Positions 1-13,808 of a DNA stretch of 64,000 nucleotides are shown piece by piece (the first letter of the stretch is position 1; each line of letters starts with the position of its first letter). The position numbers and the translations under genes were made by a program. The notes below the pieces were generated by a model that made no database searches, had not been told where the DNA came from, and saw only the letters and a program-made list of their open reading frames with translations. The stretch comes from Takakia lepidozioides (Eukaryota; Plantae; Bryophyta). The DNA lies in NCBI GenBank assembly GCA_030704615.1, contig CM060734.1, positions 36,456,001 through 36,520,000 on the forward strand, given 5' to 3'.

Positions 1-236
1 ATACGAGAGCATGAGATGTTGAGGAACGAAGAAGAAGATATGAAATGATTCTACCCATAGAAATATATACATGAGTCTCGATCCACTTCACAAGGAAGTC
101 TACTATTTTAATCTCCGCTGATATCTCCGCTGAGATCTCTAGATAGCTACTACCGCTACCACCGTCATGCAGTGATAATGTTGCACCGCTAAACTATTTA
201 TGTACAGTTGACTAGGAGGAAAGCTGATATCTAACA
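1..236 (-). repeat. Copia 3' LTR (partial)
   Basis: Matches 11328-11563, ends ...CTAACA, and adjoins the PPT (minus strand TGAGGAGGAG). Confidence 0.95.
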
Positions 237-243
237 CTCCTCC

Positions 244-412
244 TCAGATTTCTTGTTGAGTCTCTGGAAGAACATTTAATCGCTCTCTATGAAACTCAAA
301 ACTAGTCCTAGGCAGCGGCTTTGTAAACATGTCAGCAGCCTTTAGTTGTGTTGGACAATATTCCCACTCTATTTCTCCTTCATCCACCTTCTCTCGGATG
401 AAGTAGAACTGC
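244..412 (-). pseudogene. C-terminal part of Copia RNase H, separated from the rest by the CACTA insertion
   Basis: Removing the insertion and one TSD restores KHIATQFYFIREKVDEGEIEWEYCPTQLKAADMFTKPL...*. Confidence 0.9.
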
Positions 413-1474
413 CACTAGAAGAAAAACGCAGAATAACCACTCATTTTGAGTGGTAAAAGACACTAAACCACTCTGGCCCCATAGTGATGAAGAACCAGTG
501 CATTAGGACAAGTGAGTGGTAAAAGACATTACGTGGCACCGGTGGTTAAGGACAGTGGTTCGAACCACTCACGTCCGGGTCCACCTGTTAGCTGAGCACA
601 GTGGTAAATTAACCACTGTGACATGTCAATGACGTGTCACTGAGGTAAACCAACCACTTATGACGTGTCACAGTGGTAAACTGACGTGTCATAGTGGTAA
701 AGTAACCACTCTCGTTTTGTAGTGGAGACGTGTAAGCCGGTGGTCCGTGGATGATATTGGAGATTATGTCGACACGTGGCGACACTCTCAGCATGGACAC
801 ATGTATCAGTGCTACGAAATGGATGGAGTGAAATTCAATGACTTCCGAAACCACTTGTTGAGTGATCACAAAATGACTCATAGAGTCATTCTATGAAAAC
901 GGAGAATATACAATATCACTCACAGAGTGGTTATGTGAGTGGATGACGTCTCTCAGTAGATCATTGGAATAATTACCCACAGAGTGGTGTGTAAGCTATT
1001 TGAGTCATTCATGGTGTCTCTCTTAGTGGGAACTATGGATTGGAGTGATTACTAACAGAGTGGTGTGTAAGTGATTAGGAATACACTGGAGGAATTCATA
1101 CCACTAGTACAGTAATATATATGTGACTACTTATACCACTATACGAGTGGTAATGTAGGCAATTGTGTGCATTTGGCTACTCCCACAGTTTTAAATTATA
1201 CCACTTTTACAGTGATGTGCAAGTGATTATAAACATGACTAGAGGAACACATACCACTAGTGTAGTGAAAGAAGTACCATTGGGGATTCAAGCTCCACAA
1301 AATAGACTAGAATCCCAGAGAGTTAAGTGTTGGAACATTGTCAACAAAATCCAGCCATGATAAAAGTCTGAGCCTAACTTCTACACGGCGTCTCCACATG
1401 CATGCTAGGAACACTGAACTGCTTTCCTGCCTTCTTCTCACTGCCAGCAATGTCTATGCCCGGGCGAACGAAAT

Positions 1475-1750
1475 CTAAGCCCTCTTCATGTTCTTCTCTG
1501 GCCAAAGACAATTCAGACCGACAACATCCTCCAACATTGTTTGCGGTGGGACCTCTTCCTCGTTAGGGTGAGGCAAGACACAATTGGCAATATAGATATC
1601 ATTCACCTCAACCCGCCACAATCCTTCAGGTATAACACGGTAGTGATATGTGTCTTTGTCAGGCACACCAGTGACAATTCCACTAGCAGCCCTGTGTCGT
1701 GGTAAATGAGGATCATACAGGCTGATTTTGTCCTTCAACTTAAACTGCAC
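1475..1750 (-). pseudogene. Possible CACTA accessory (TnpA/Tnp1-like) protein C-terminal fragment
   Basis: ORF with ASGIV...WRVEV...LPHP...LEDVVG..LWP resembles CACTA ORF2 C-termini; recognised by eye only. Confidence 0.45.
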
Positions 1751-2729
1751 ACAGCACCCACCATAAAACCCACATTAATCAACCCATGAAGACTTACATG
1801 TATATTGAAAACTAGATAATGAGGACCGTCCAGTATAAGCAATCACTCAAAGTGCAAATACTTTTGGTAGCATAAGAATATCTGTCACTGTGGCAGGGGG
1901 TTGATATTTGGGGGTTGCCTTTGAAGGCGTCATAGTTGGTGCACTGTCGGTGGCAATATCAAGAGTGGCTTTCTCAGCCTACAAACATCACGCCCAACAC
2001 CCCTTAGCAGTTACATTTAGCAATGCATCTACTTTAAATAGTTTGAAGTACCCAACATATAAATGGCCACATTGTACAGAACTAATAGCCAACAGGTGCA
2101 TGCATGCTCACCTCTAGTACGAAAACTGCTGCATGGAGAGGTGCCTCCACCCCACAAAGTTAGCAATTATGGAAAATAAGGTCAACCGGGCAACGAGCAA
2201 GGTCGGCAGTTCGTGAACGCATCTTCTCCAGTTCCCGCGATAATCTACGGGGGTTGACGGAGTGACTGGAGGATGGATGATGGTTCGTTTGAATCCAAGC
2301 AAAGCAAGGCCGAAGGTCTGAACACTCATAGTTTGAGTTACAAACCTTGGTCCAACGTGCCAAAAAAAGTTTGGCATCCAATGGCGTGAATGCATGGAAT
2401 GTCATGCTCTGGCGCCCTAGCAATGTCCCACATCCATTCAGTATTAAAACCCTAACACATGTTCTAACCCTTTGAAATTTAATCCATGGGTCAAGCCATA
2501 CATAGTCCAATTCGTAAGTCATTTATCTTTCTAACAAGGTTTCCAGGTCATTCACATTTAGGAAAGAACCTTGGTTTGATATATAACATTTACCACCATA
2601 TATGCAGATTGTAAACTCATCACAAAAGCAGATTGCAGGTCTGGAGATAAATCTCCAGAACCAGGCTCAAAGCATATCAGGTTCGAATTGAAACAATCAG
2701 CCACTCATGCCTTAAGTTCATGAAGTTTT

Positions 2730-4400
2730 TACCTCGGTTGTCCCACCATTGATTGGGGTCAGAAAAGTATTCATTCCACAACTTCTCCTCGTCTCAGCTG
2801 TTACCTGTTTTTGGATACTTCCCTGTTGTCACATTGGCAGTACCATGTCAAAGTCGCTCCAAACTATCAAAGGCTCACTCAACCAGCTAACTTGCAGAAT
2901 TCAACATGAAAATTTAGGCCGATTCTGATAAGAGGGAAAAACAGGGTGAAATGTGTTGAAGAAGGTGCTTTCATTATCAGTACCTGAGTTTATCATTGTG
3001 CCGTTGCTGCTACGGCTTCTAGTTGACCAGTCACCATCTATCCATGCAGGTTTCTTGTAACTATTGATCCATCTGGTACATTTCCAGCTTTGGTGATGCA
3101 ACCATGCACCTCCGATGCCCTTTTCCAAGGCTGCCAGGCTTGCACACACACTGCAAACGCACACAAACATGATGTGGTCGAACTTCACCCCTTCCCCCAT
3201 CATTTGCTTTCAGGTCTCCAAAGCCCCATACAGCGCCCCTGCTCTGCACACCCTGCAAACATCAGATTCCACAACACCACATCTCATTCAGCCGTAGTGT
3301 TGAACACTCCCTTGGCATCCTCAATGCTACCATATTTGGCATACATGGCCACCAAAGCAGTGTTCAGGATGACATCTGGAACAATTGCAGATTTGATCAT
3401 GTCACCAGGGATCTCTTTGCCCTTTTCCAGGGCTGCCAGACACACTGCAAACACACACAAACCTTATATCGGCGGGCTTCACCCCTTCCCCCATCATTTG
3501 CTCATAGGAGGCTCTCAAGGGTCTACCCACTCTCGGCACCAGACTGAAATTTAAACTAAGGGCAGGAATCCTACCTTTGAATCGCAAACAGAAGCAGAGA
3601 GGAAAGGGAGAGTGCAATTGCACCCAACTCAACTTATCACACTAGTTCCTATGGTCAATTGCATCTGCTACACTCTGTAATTTGACAAGCATTCACTTTT
3701 TTGCCTCGGTTGTCCCACCAGTTACTGGGGTCAGAAAAGTATTCATCCCACAGCTTCTTCTCATATCTGTTACCTGTTTTTGGATACTTATGGACGACTC
3801 TGATGGCAGGGGAATTCAGGGTGAAATATGTTGAAGAATGTACCTTCATTAGCAGTGGGTCTTGTTCTATCAATTGTGCTGCTGCCATTGCTGTTTCCAG
3901 TTGACCATCTACCCACTCGTAGCCATTGTGCTATTGAAGAAGGTGCCCCCCCATCATTTGCTCATAGCTCTCCAAAACCTCCATCCCACGTCCCTGCCGT
4001 GCATACCCTGCAAACATCGCACTCCACGACACCACATCTCGTTCAGCCATAGTGTCAAACACTCCCTTTGAATCCTAGATGCACCCACATTTTGTAAACA
4101 TGTTCACCAGGGTATTGTTCATAATGACATTTGATACAATTCCAGCTCTGAAGATGACGCCATGGACCTCTTTCCCCTTTTCCAAAGCTGTCAGGGCAGT
4201 GTTCAGATTGACATTTGGCACAATTCCAGCTTTGATGATATCCCCATACACCTCTTGCCCTTCTCCAGGGCTACCAGGCTTGCACAAGCATTACAAATGC
4301 ACACAAACACGATGTGCTTCCCCCATCATTTGCTCATAGGTCTCCAAAGCCTCCATCCCACGTCCCTGCCGTGCATACCCTGGACCAAGCTGACTCTCCC
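2730..4400 (-). pseudogene. Captured, duplicated fragments of PLS-class PPR motifs plus an OSB-type WWDNR motif
   Basis: MMGEGVKFDHIMFVCVCSVCASLAALEKG and NVIMNNTLVNMFTKCG (PPR); KLWDEYFSDPSNWWDNRGKK and KLWNEYFSDPNQWWDNRGK; many frameshifts. Confidence 0.8.
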
Positions 4401-5530
4401 AAGAACCTTGTAAACATCAGCGAGGACTTAAGTGCGCAGCAGCGATAGGGCTTAGTGGGGCCTAGTGCTTGAGGGAAGAAAAAAACATCACATTGGTCCA
4501 TGAGAACCACCATGGTGCAGCTAAGCGAGCAGAGATTGAAACACGACCTGCTAAGACCAAGCTGACTCTTCCAAAAACCTTGTAAACATCAGGAAGAATA
4601 CCAAATCATGGTACTAACAGGAGCCAAAAGCCCACATTTGCAGGATGGACAAACTTCTTCACATCCTACATTAAGAAAAAGCCACACCTTGCGATTGCGA
4701 TTGTCCCACCATCATGAAGGATCGTAAAAAACTCATGCGAGTTTTGCTCCGTGCTGCAAATTCAGGGCCGAGTCTGATGAGAGGGCAAAATAGGCTGAAA
4801 TAGGTCGAAGAAGAAGGTGCCCTAACCACATTGTCGTCAACCTTGTGTTATGACCCATGGAGGATTTGACAGACCATGAACCCAAACGGACCTCTTGTGT
4901 GTGCTACTTGTGTCTGTAGTCAGGTAATGTCGGATTGTCCATGAGCACCACCACGGTGCAGCTGAGCGAGCAGAGATTGAAACGCGACCTGCTAAGATCA
5001 ACCTGCACGAGGACTTAGTGTGCACAACAATGATCGGGCTTAGTGGGGCTTAGTGCATGAGGAGGAAAAAAACAACACGAGGAGTTTGAACCCGCGACCC
5101 CGCATACGCAGGAAGAGCCCTTACCAGTACGCTACATGCACACATTTAAAATTCCCCCCCAAAAATATGTATATATTGTACATACGTGATGGGCAATTTT
5201 TTAAGTTTTTTAACCTTTTCACAAACCCTATAAGCAACTTTTTGTTTCTTATTTTTATTTTTAATAAATTTTAAAAGAAACCTCAGGCCCTTGAGGAGGG
5301 GGAAAAATTAACCCCCTTTCATTTATGGGCCATGAGACCTACAGGAGGATCAACGCCCAAACATACCGTCGCCACAAACAATCCCGCACATGGAGTAATG
5401 CAGCGGGTTTGAACCCTGAACCACCAAGGCGACACATTTTGCACTTATCAGCCGATGTGCTTTTTTTTAATCTTTTGCACTTTGATTTTTTTTTTTAAAT
5501 TCATTTTAGTGGTTATAAGTGAGCACATAG

Positions 5531-5884
5531 ATGTATTCCATGGAGATAAACAAAACTGTTCATCCGGTGTCTTCACGGTGGATGTATCCCATGGAGCGTT
5601 ATATGAAAGATCTTAAGGGATACGTTAGGAATTACGCAAAGCCAGAAGGGAGTACGGCTGCAGGGTATGTTCTAGATGAGGCCATGGGGTTCATGACTGA
5701 GTATATGCAATCATTTGATGCAACTCAACAGCAGACTTGGGATGCAAATGCAGAGGAAGGGGTTGAGGATGAGGTCTTCGAAGGTATTGGCAAAAAGTGG
5801 GACATAACTGGAGCTAGGAGAGATGCAGCACAAATTTTGTATGTGCTGAACGATACCAATGTCATGGCTCCTTGGGCGCAATGA
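5531..5884 (+). pseudogene. CACTA transposase (TnpD) C-terminal fragment, DUF4218-like
   Basis: RWMYPMERYMKDLKGYVRNYAKPEGS motif. Confidence 0.85.
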
Positions 5885-7120
5885 GTACTTCTTTTCATTG
5901 CACCTTATTCATATCAAGTTCAATTTCAATTCTGACTGTCACCAGTGTAATCAAACCACCCACGAAGTCACCAATGTCAGTGGTTCATCCTGATTATAAC
6001 CAATGTTGTAGTAACGGAATGTCTGAGTGAATGACTTGTTGGAAGAGCATGTTAATTTACAAGTCATTCTGCTCACTCCTCCAGTGGTTTGAAACAGTGG
6101 TTTTCAAAGTATCATTCATGCTAGGTATTTTTTGCTAAGTAATGCAATACTTCATTGCTAACATGTGTCATTCTTGTTGCCATTTTGTGACAAAAAGTAT
6201 GCAACAGAGAAGGCACAGTTCACAGCAGACAGAGAGGCATGTGGTGATGAGTGGCATGCCAATCGACATCTACCTTATCAGATCAGCCAATACCTAGGTC
6301 ATTAGATGGTCCCACGACTCTAAATAAAGAAGACCTGGCTATGTTGGCTACCATTCAAGCGGCATTTGTGCAACCAACCGCTATTCCAGTTGAGCAAAGT
6401 GATTCAGAGGGTGACGAATATGTTTCAGATTCAGAATAAAGTTTATTGTTGGAACCATTTGTTCAATAGCATCATCCCACAATGATCTGGCCACTTGTCT
6501 GTTTTTCAAAGTCTGTCACAGCTGCACAAACCACTTAAAGTTTTTCATGTATCACCCAAAAAGTGGTACCAATCACTGTTGTGTAGGCAACCACTCATGA
6601 GCAACCACTAGCATAGTGGTTCCAATTATTGCAGTATCTTTCACCACCCACTCTCCACCACTGTCAAAGTGGTACAAATCAATGAGGTGTCTTTAACCAC
6701 TCAAGATCAACGTGCATTGTCCCCGTCCACGTGGAAAATTATATTTATGAACTAAAATATATTTCCAAATAATAAATCACAAATAAAATTTGAATTATTA
6801 CACGTGGAGTAGGAAGTGGTTTCAACCACTTCCCATCACTGAGGTGTCTATAACCACTCACAATGTACCACTGCACTTGTCCACGTGGAATATTATATTA
6901 ATTAATTAAAATATATTAGCAAATAAATAATAATAAATAAAAACAAATTATTACACGTGTACTACTGAGTGGTTGAAACCACTTCCAACCACTGTCTGTG
7001 ATGCCACCATGGCATTTCATTGGGATTAACCACTGGCAAGTGGTTACTAGTGGTTTATAGAGTGGAAAAAGACAGTAGTGGTTAAAGGGCCAGTGGTTAT
7101 TCCACATTTTTCTTCTAGTG

Positions 7121-10100
7121 TGCGTTGCAATGTGCTTCGACTTACCATGGTACTTGGTAAATTTTGTCAGCGCAATGCAACTCTGATTGTCACAATCAAT
7201 GTTGAGAGGTCCGGTATGTTTGTAACCAATATTCTTCAGCAACCTCTTCAACCATATTGCTTCCTTAGCAGCTTCAGTGGCAGCCATGTACTCCGCTTCG
7301 GTGCTTGAGAGTGTTGTAGCCGTCTGCTTTTTGCTACGCCAAGAAATTATTCCACCATTGAAGGTGAAGCAATAGCCTGATGTGGACTTTCTAGTATCCA
7401 CTTCTCCTGCGTAATATGAGTCACAGTATCCTCGCAAGATCCGCATCATTGCTGCAAATAGCATTTGTACCAAAAGAAATTCCGAAATCAATGGCACCTT
7501 TGATGTATCTGAACACCCACTTAACTGCAGCCCAATGGGGATTATTTGGATTCTCCATAAATCAACTCAGAACACTGACAGCAAAAGTAACATCAGGTCT
7601 TGTACAAGTGGAAGCGTATATCAAGCTTCCAATTGCATTTCTGTATGGAATTTTTCTCATTTGCTCTTGTTCTTTTCTTGAAGAAGGATACATTTCCGTA
7701 GACAATTTGAGGTTTGCTTCCATGGGTGTTGAGACTGGCTTGCAGTCTTCCATCTGGAACTCTCTCAACACATGTTCCAGGTAGCGTTTCTGGTTCATAT
7801 GAATCAGCATTTTTCCTCAGTCACAAATGATGTGAATTCCAAGGCAATATCGCATTTCGCCAAAATCCACCATCTCAAATTCAGTTGCGAGCATGCTCTT
7901 TATATCCTTGAGATAGTCTAAGCGATTGCTAAACAAGATAGCATCATCCACATATAGTACTAAGATGACGAAGCGCTCTCATGCTCGCTTCATATAGACA
8001 TTGGAATCGACACTTCCTCTTTCAAATCCACGAGTCATTAGGTATCCATCCATGCGTTGGTACCATGCTCGGGAAGACTGTTTCAACCCATAAAGAGATC
8101 TTTTTGAGCTTGCAAACCTTGTTTTCAGCTCCCGCTATCACAAAGCCCTCAGGTTGCTGCATGTAAATCTCCTCTTTAAGGTCACCATTCAAAAATGCCG
8201 TTTTAACGTCCATTTGATGAATCTCTAGGTCATTTAACGCTGCCCATGCAAGTAAAGTCCTGATCGATGCCATCTTCAAAACTGGTGAAAACGTGTCAAA
8301 GTAATCCACTCATTCCATCTGTGAATATCCCTTAGCAGTCAACCTAGACTTGAGTCTGTCAATCGTCCCATCCTCCTTGTACTTTCTAGCAAAAACCCAC
8401 TTACAACCAATTGCTTTTCTTCTTTTTGGAAGATCAGTGAGTTCCCCACGTACCATTTTTCATGAGTGATTGATACTCCATTTGCATAGCATCCTCACAT
8501 CCATCGGCTTCATCGTTTTCCAATGCTTCCTTGACATTTTGAGATACAGCAATTGCTGCAAAACATTCAGGATAGCCTTGAACTTCAAGATTCTCTTTGA
8601 CTTTTAGTGAAGGCCTACGACTTCTTGTTTTGATGTTATCGTAACAGTTCAAGTTTTCCCTTGCTCATGTTGAAGGATATTGTTCATTATCGTTACCTCG
8701 TGTAAACTGCTCTAGGTCATCATTTGAATCAAGTTCACCGTCGGGTTCACCGTTTGTGTCTTGATCGATGTCCTGCAGATTCTCCTCAGTCGGTCCATAA
8801 TCTGTACGTTCATGAACACCCTCTGCAAGATTTTGAACTTTCAAGTCTCCTCGTGTGAGACAATCAACAAGGTTTACAAGAAACAAATCCCAGAGATCCC
8901 ATGAATCTCTTTTTATAGAATATTTTGTCGTCTGTTCTTCTATAGCATTGGACTCATCAAACACTACATCCCTGCTTAGGAAGGCCTTCTTTGTGCTAGG
9001 GTTATACATCTTGTAACCCTTAGACTCTTCAATGTAGCCAATGAAAATACACTTAATGCTCTTGGGTTCCAATTTGCTAATCCGCTTCTCATTTGGAATA
9101 TGAGCATAAGTTTTGCATCCAAAAATTCTGAAATGACTCACGTTAGGCTTCTTACCGCACCAGATCTCTTTAGGTGTCTTGGTCGGCGATGCTTTTGTGA
9201 TCACCCTATTTCGGATGTGCGCCGCGGTCATCACTGCTTCTGCCCACAATGCCTTATCCAACTTGTTGTCATGAATCATGCTATGAACACTCTCCATTAG
9301 GGTTCGATTCATCCGTTCAACAAGTCCGTTTTGGAAAGCATTGTATGGAACCGTAGTGAACCTCTGGATTCCATGTTGCCTGCAATACTCTTTGAATGCA
9401 GTAGAAGTGAACTCTCCACCATTATCACTCCTCAAGCTCTTGAGTTTGCAATCAGTTTGCATCTCAGCTAATTTGTGGAATGTTTTGAACGCCTCAAACA
9501 CTTCTGATTTTGCCTTCAAACAGTATTCAATCACTCTCCTCAAGAAGTCATCTGTGAAAGCTACGAAGTATCTCGCTCCTCCTAGACAATGGACTTTCAT
9601 AGGGTCCACCACATCTGCATGAACTAATTCGAGCACTCTGCTTCCAGTAGTCTTTGGAATTGGTGCTTTATGTTGCTTTCCTAGTAAGCACCCTTCACAT
9701 ATCTTCAAACTGGATTTTTTTTCAAGCTTAAAACCAGTTGCACCTTGTGCTTTATCTATGAGCAGCATGGTCTACAAATTCAGATGCCCTAGTCTTTTGT
9801 GCCAAACTCAACAGAATCTAAACCATGCTCACTTGACATAGATACCATTGCACAACAATCATCAAGTGCTGAAGTCAAGCAGTAAAGATCTCCAACTCGA
9901 GTTCCTTCAGCTACTAGATTCAGACTATCATCATAGATCTCACAACCATCTTTATTGAAAAATGGATATAGACCTGTATCAACAAGTTTACTTACTCCAA
10001 GTAAATTGTTCTCCAGACTTGGAACATGTAGTACTCCTTTTAGCTCCTTCGTGACTCCATTTGGAAGCTATGTGAGCACCGTCCCTTGACCTTGAATCTC

Positions 10101-11135
10101 GCTGAATGTATTGTTGGCAACTTTCACTCTCCTAGGAACTTCAAACTCTTTATAATCCACGAACCAATCTGATCTCGGGGTCATATGGTCTGTAGCTCCC
10201 GATTCCAAGAGCCATGATTCCAAAGTATTGATCCGCATCGTGTGTGCCGCATTAGTAGTAGCAACCATAAGAAGTATGGCATCCGTAGAAGTTGAGTCTA
10301 ACTTCGTCTCCGCTGAATTTGCTTGTGGACCAGACTTAACCTGCTCTACAATTTTCTTCCAGCAGTCTTTCTCGTCATGACCTCGTTTTTTGCAGTATCC
10401 ACAAATCTTCACCATTTTCTTCTCGGTGCTCCTACCATCTTTGCTTCTGGCATTATGGAGTTTTTTATTTGAACCACCAGAAAAAACTTTCTTGCCGCTA
10501 GCTTGGTGCTTGCAGTTGAACTTAGCTACCATTGTCGTGGTTTCTTCAACGTGCAGACCAAGTTGTCTTTGCCTAGTGTCTTCTTGAAGAAGGATTGTAA
10601 CGGACTCCTCCCACTTCATGTCCTTATTATTTCCAATGAATACCATCACGTTGTCATATGACACCGGTAAGCTATTCAAGAGGATAAGAAGACTAAAGCG
10701 TTCTGAAGTTGGACCGTCATCAGTTTCTCCTAACTGATCATTCAGATCCTTCAACTTGTTGATGTGCTCCATGAGATTGTCACCTTCTTGCATTCTTGTG
10801 TTGAGAAGATGTCTAAGCAATATCAATTGCTCATGCATCGATTTCTTCTCATATAATTCACCGAGTTTTTCCCAAGCCTCTGCAGTCGTCTTTGAAGTCC
10901 TAATGCGGCGAATGACACTATCTTGAAGATGCCAAACAATGACCGAATGGGCTTTGCCATCCTTTTCCTTGATCATCTTATCTGCACTCGACGATTCTGC
11001 TTCAGGTCGAATCTCCTTCCCGGACACTATTCCCCACAAGCCTCGATGCACTAGCAAGTGTTGCATCTTGTACTTCCAGAGAGAAAAATCTTCTCCACCA
11101 AATCGATCCATAAGACGTGGGACAGTCGTCTCCAT
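7121..11135 (-). pseudogene. Copia gag-pol polyprotein with stops and frameshifts
   Basis: Gag with CGYCKKRGHDEKDC knuckle, PR WLLESGATDHM, integrase LVHADV...LRSDNGGEF...ERMNRTL (8665-9768), RT HQMDVKTAFLNG and LYVDD, RNase H SSTEAEY. Confidence 0.95.
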
Positions 11136-11282
11136 CTTCCCAGATAGAACCGATCTACTTATACCACTTATCTATAACTAGTTTCCTATCCCACCATTAA
11201 GTCTTATCTAAGATCAAAACATCATAGAGAGAGTACTGATCACTATTTCTCCCCCCATCTATCTCACTAGTCTATCATCTAA

Positions 11283-11294
11283 GCTCTGATACCA
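11283..11294 (-). promoter_or_regulatory. Primer-binding site (initiator tRNA-Met)
   Basis: Minus strand TGGTATCAGAGC directly after the 5' LTR. Confidence 0.9.
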
Positions 11295-11563
11295 TGTTGG
11301 AAAACCATCGAGAAACACAGATCACTAGTACGAGATCATCAGATGTTGAGGAATGAAGAAGAAGATATGAAATGATTCTATTGATAGAAATATATACATG
11401 AGTCTCGATCCACTTCGGAAGGAAGTCTACTATGTTAATCTCCGCTGATGTCTCCGCTGATATCTCTAGATAGCTACCACCGCTACCACCGTCATGCAGT
11501 GATAATGTTGCACCGCTAAACTATTTATGTACAGTTGACTAGGAGGAAAGCTAATATCTAACA
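11295..11563 (-). repeat. Copia 5' LTR (269 bp, TG...CA)
   Basis: TGTTGG...CTAACA; matches 1-236. Confidence 0.95.
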
Positions 11564-11942
11564 GGAAAGCAAAAGAGGGCTGGCAGATTTGTTGACTGAA
11601 TGCTGAGAAAGGCAATACAAAATCTGCATTCAAACTCTAGGCTAACATGGCCTTCTTGCATTCAAACGTTCTTCCCGACATTTCACTCACCGTTCATTGC
11701 CGGCGACCGCACGTGCGGAACTGGTAACAGCGGGTGGACCCATGGGCTGCAGACATTGAACCTGCTCAGGTGCAATGTATCTGCCCCTCTTGTTGGCGAC
11801 CAGGTTCACTGTATGTGGATTGCTTCTTTGGTGGATTTGCGGCTTCCCAAACATTTTTCTTTTCAATCGATAAAAAAATTATTATTATTAAAAAGGTTGA
11901 CTCCAGACTCCTATCAAATCACTGGCGGCAACCCTACATCAT

Positions 11943-12768
11943 GTCTGCCCTGGATAAATGTTAACAATGGGGAGTAGGGGGAAAAAAAAAACATTTAGAC
12001 AAGGTTAACACATTAACAGTTTATGAAGGGGCTAATTGTAACCCATTAACATTTACAGAGATAACATTTTACAAATATAAGATTTATGAAAATAACACTT
12101 TCATTTTAAAATAAAAAATACTAAAAAAAAAACACTTATGAAACAAAGTGTAATTATATGGAGTCATTCAGTTATGGGTAGGAAATATGAATCGATTGTA
12201 GACTTATGAGTATCTCTAATATGCATATCATCAAGTTCTTTCTCTAGGCGTTTCATGGCTAAAATAGTTTTCATAACGTCCCGAGGCTTTTGTTCCAAAC
12301 ATTGAGAAATTGTAACTATGGCCATTTTTGGCATCTTTGAGTGCTTCCATCTACTTGGCAAAACATCTAACACAAGTGCAATTACCACTAATCTCTCAAA
12401 AACAACCTCCATGTCAAGTGTCGAAATGGAACATACGAACATACATTCGTATCAAGGTATTCGCTTCTGATCTCATCACTTTAGTATTACCTCCCACTTA
12501 CTTTCTAGTCTTCTGATTGGTTATGTTGTTGGATGTAATCTTATCTACTCTAATTTGGAATTTATAATTATGGAGCATATCTCCTGTTAGCTGAAGCCTT
12601 TATGGTGCACTTAACATATATTGAGGGCAAATTAACAAAGAGGGGAATAAACATTTGTTAACAAATAACACTTAAGATTTGCTAGTGTGCACAAGTGGGG
12701 AATAAAATTTTCTTAACATTTATGGTAATTTAACGTTTATAGACGTAACATTTATCCAGGGCAGACTC
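11943..12768 (-). mobile_element. Non-autonomous Tc1/mariner (pogo-like) element
   Basis: 21-bp perfect TIR GTCTGCCCTGGATAAATGTTA (11943-11963 / 12746-12766), TA near the right end, internal remnant ending KSTIDSYF like pogo/Tigger C-termini. Confidence 0.65.
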
Positions 12769-13432
12769 TATCACATCCCAAATGGCTACTATTTTTCGTT
12801 TGTATTATGTTTTTTCTTTTTTCTTTTTTTGAAAGGGGATAAAGCCCCATCAATTATGTTTTTTCTTTTTCATTTTTTGGTTGAAGGCCATAAATTATTA
12901 TTAACAGACGAAGAAAACATAACCTCACGCTACATGCCATGAAGGCTGAGAAAATATTCACTGGCCATTGACTAGAGCTTCAGGGGAGGGTCTAATGGGG
13001 ACTATATAGAAATGATGAAGGAGTGTCCAAAAACGGGGAGGAGACAAAGAGACTATAGCAGAATCTATGGTGGAAGACTGATCAATTATTGCCTTGTTTC
13101 CTGTTAGAAGGCTCAAAAGATAATTGTACTTTGGATTTTCATTTCCTAAAGCTGTAACATCTGTAGTCATGCGCACTCGAAGAAGAAATAACGCGGACCT
13201 GCTTGAAAAGATCGTGGATCCGCCTCTGACAGTGGTTCAGCGGGCTGATGGGGATTTCAGCCCAGTTCAGTTGCTCAACTTGCAAGCGGATCCACTGGAT
13301 AAAATAAGATGAATAAAATGGAGTGACTGTTTACATGATTCAAACAAAAGTTATTTTTCATGTTAAAATTTAAATGTTAGTTTGTTTTTTGCCATACATG
13401 CATCATACTGAACAATACAAAAGTATACGACA

Positions 13433-13808
13433 TGTCATGGTTTTAGTCATGGTTAACTAGAATTACCTACTTCTAGTTAACTAGGATATTTTATATATTC
13501 ATATTTGTATTTTGTGTGTTGGGATTTCATTTGGTCTCACATGCCAAGTGAGGTGTCAAACCTCACTTGGGACATGGGGATGGGTTTTCCCCTTGTGAGC
13601 GTTGAGGAGGGCTCATCTTCTTGTAGTTGAGCCTCCATGAGCCTACATGAGCCTCTCCCACCTCCATAGCTCTAGATATTGAGAAGGAGTGTGGTGAGGG
13701 CTTTGTAGGGTGGATTCCTTTAGCAAAGGTGCATTTGGCTTGACTTAGTTTATGTGATTGAGTGGATTCATGAGTGGAGTGTTTCCCTTGTGTTCACTTT
13801 CATTATCA
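13433..13808 (+). repeat. Split direct repeat A1 (left terminus)
   Basis: Near-identical to 23359-23723 (about a dozen differences including a 10-bp indel). Confidence 0.95.

Larger units (their letters stand above)
413..7120. mobile_element. Non-autonomous CACTA (En/Spm) element carrying captured gene fragments
   Basis: TIRs CACTAGAAGAAAA / TTTTCTTCTAGTG, 3-bp TSD TGC (410-412, 7121-7123), dense ACCACT/AGTGGT subterminal repeats at both ends. Confidence 0.95.
1..11563 (-). mobile_element. Ty1/Copia LTR retrotransposon, degenerate, interrupted by a CACTA element; 3' LTR runs off the window start
   Basis: LTR pair 1-236 / 11295-11563 (about 14 mismatches in 236 bp by hand count), iMet PBS, PPT 237-246, gag-PR-INT-RT-RH order on the minus strand. 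Confidence 0.95.

Noticed and set aside
4770-4810. CTGATGAG...GAAA resembling a hammerhead ribozyme core
   Set aside because: Stem II does not pair convincingly, and related copies at about 2920 and 3800 lack the core.
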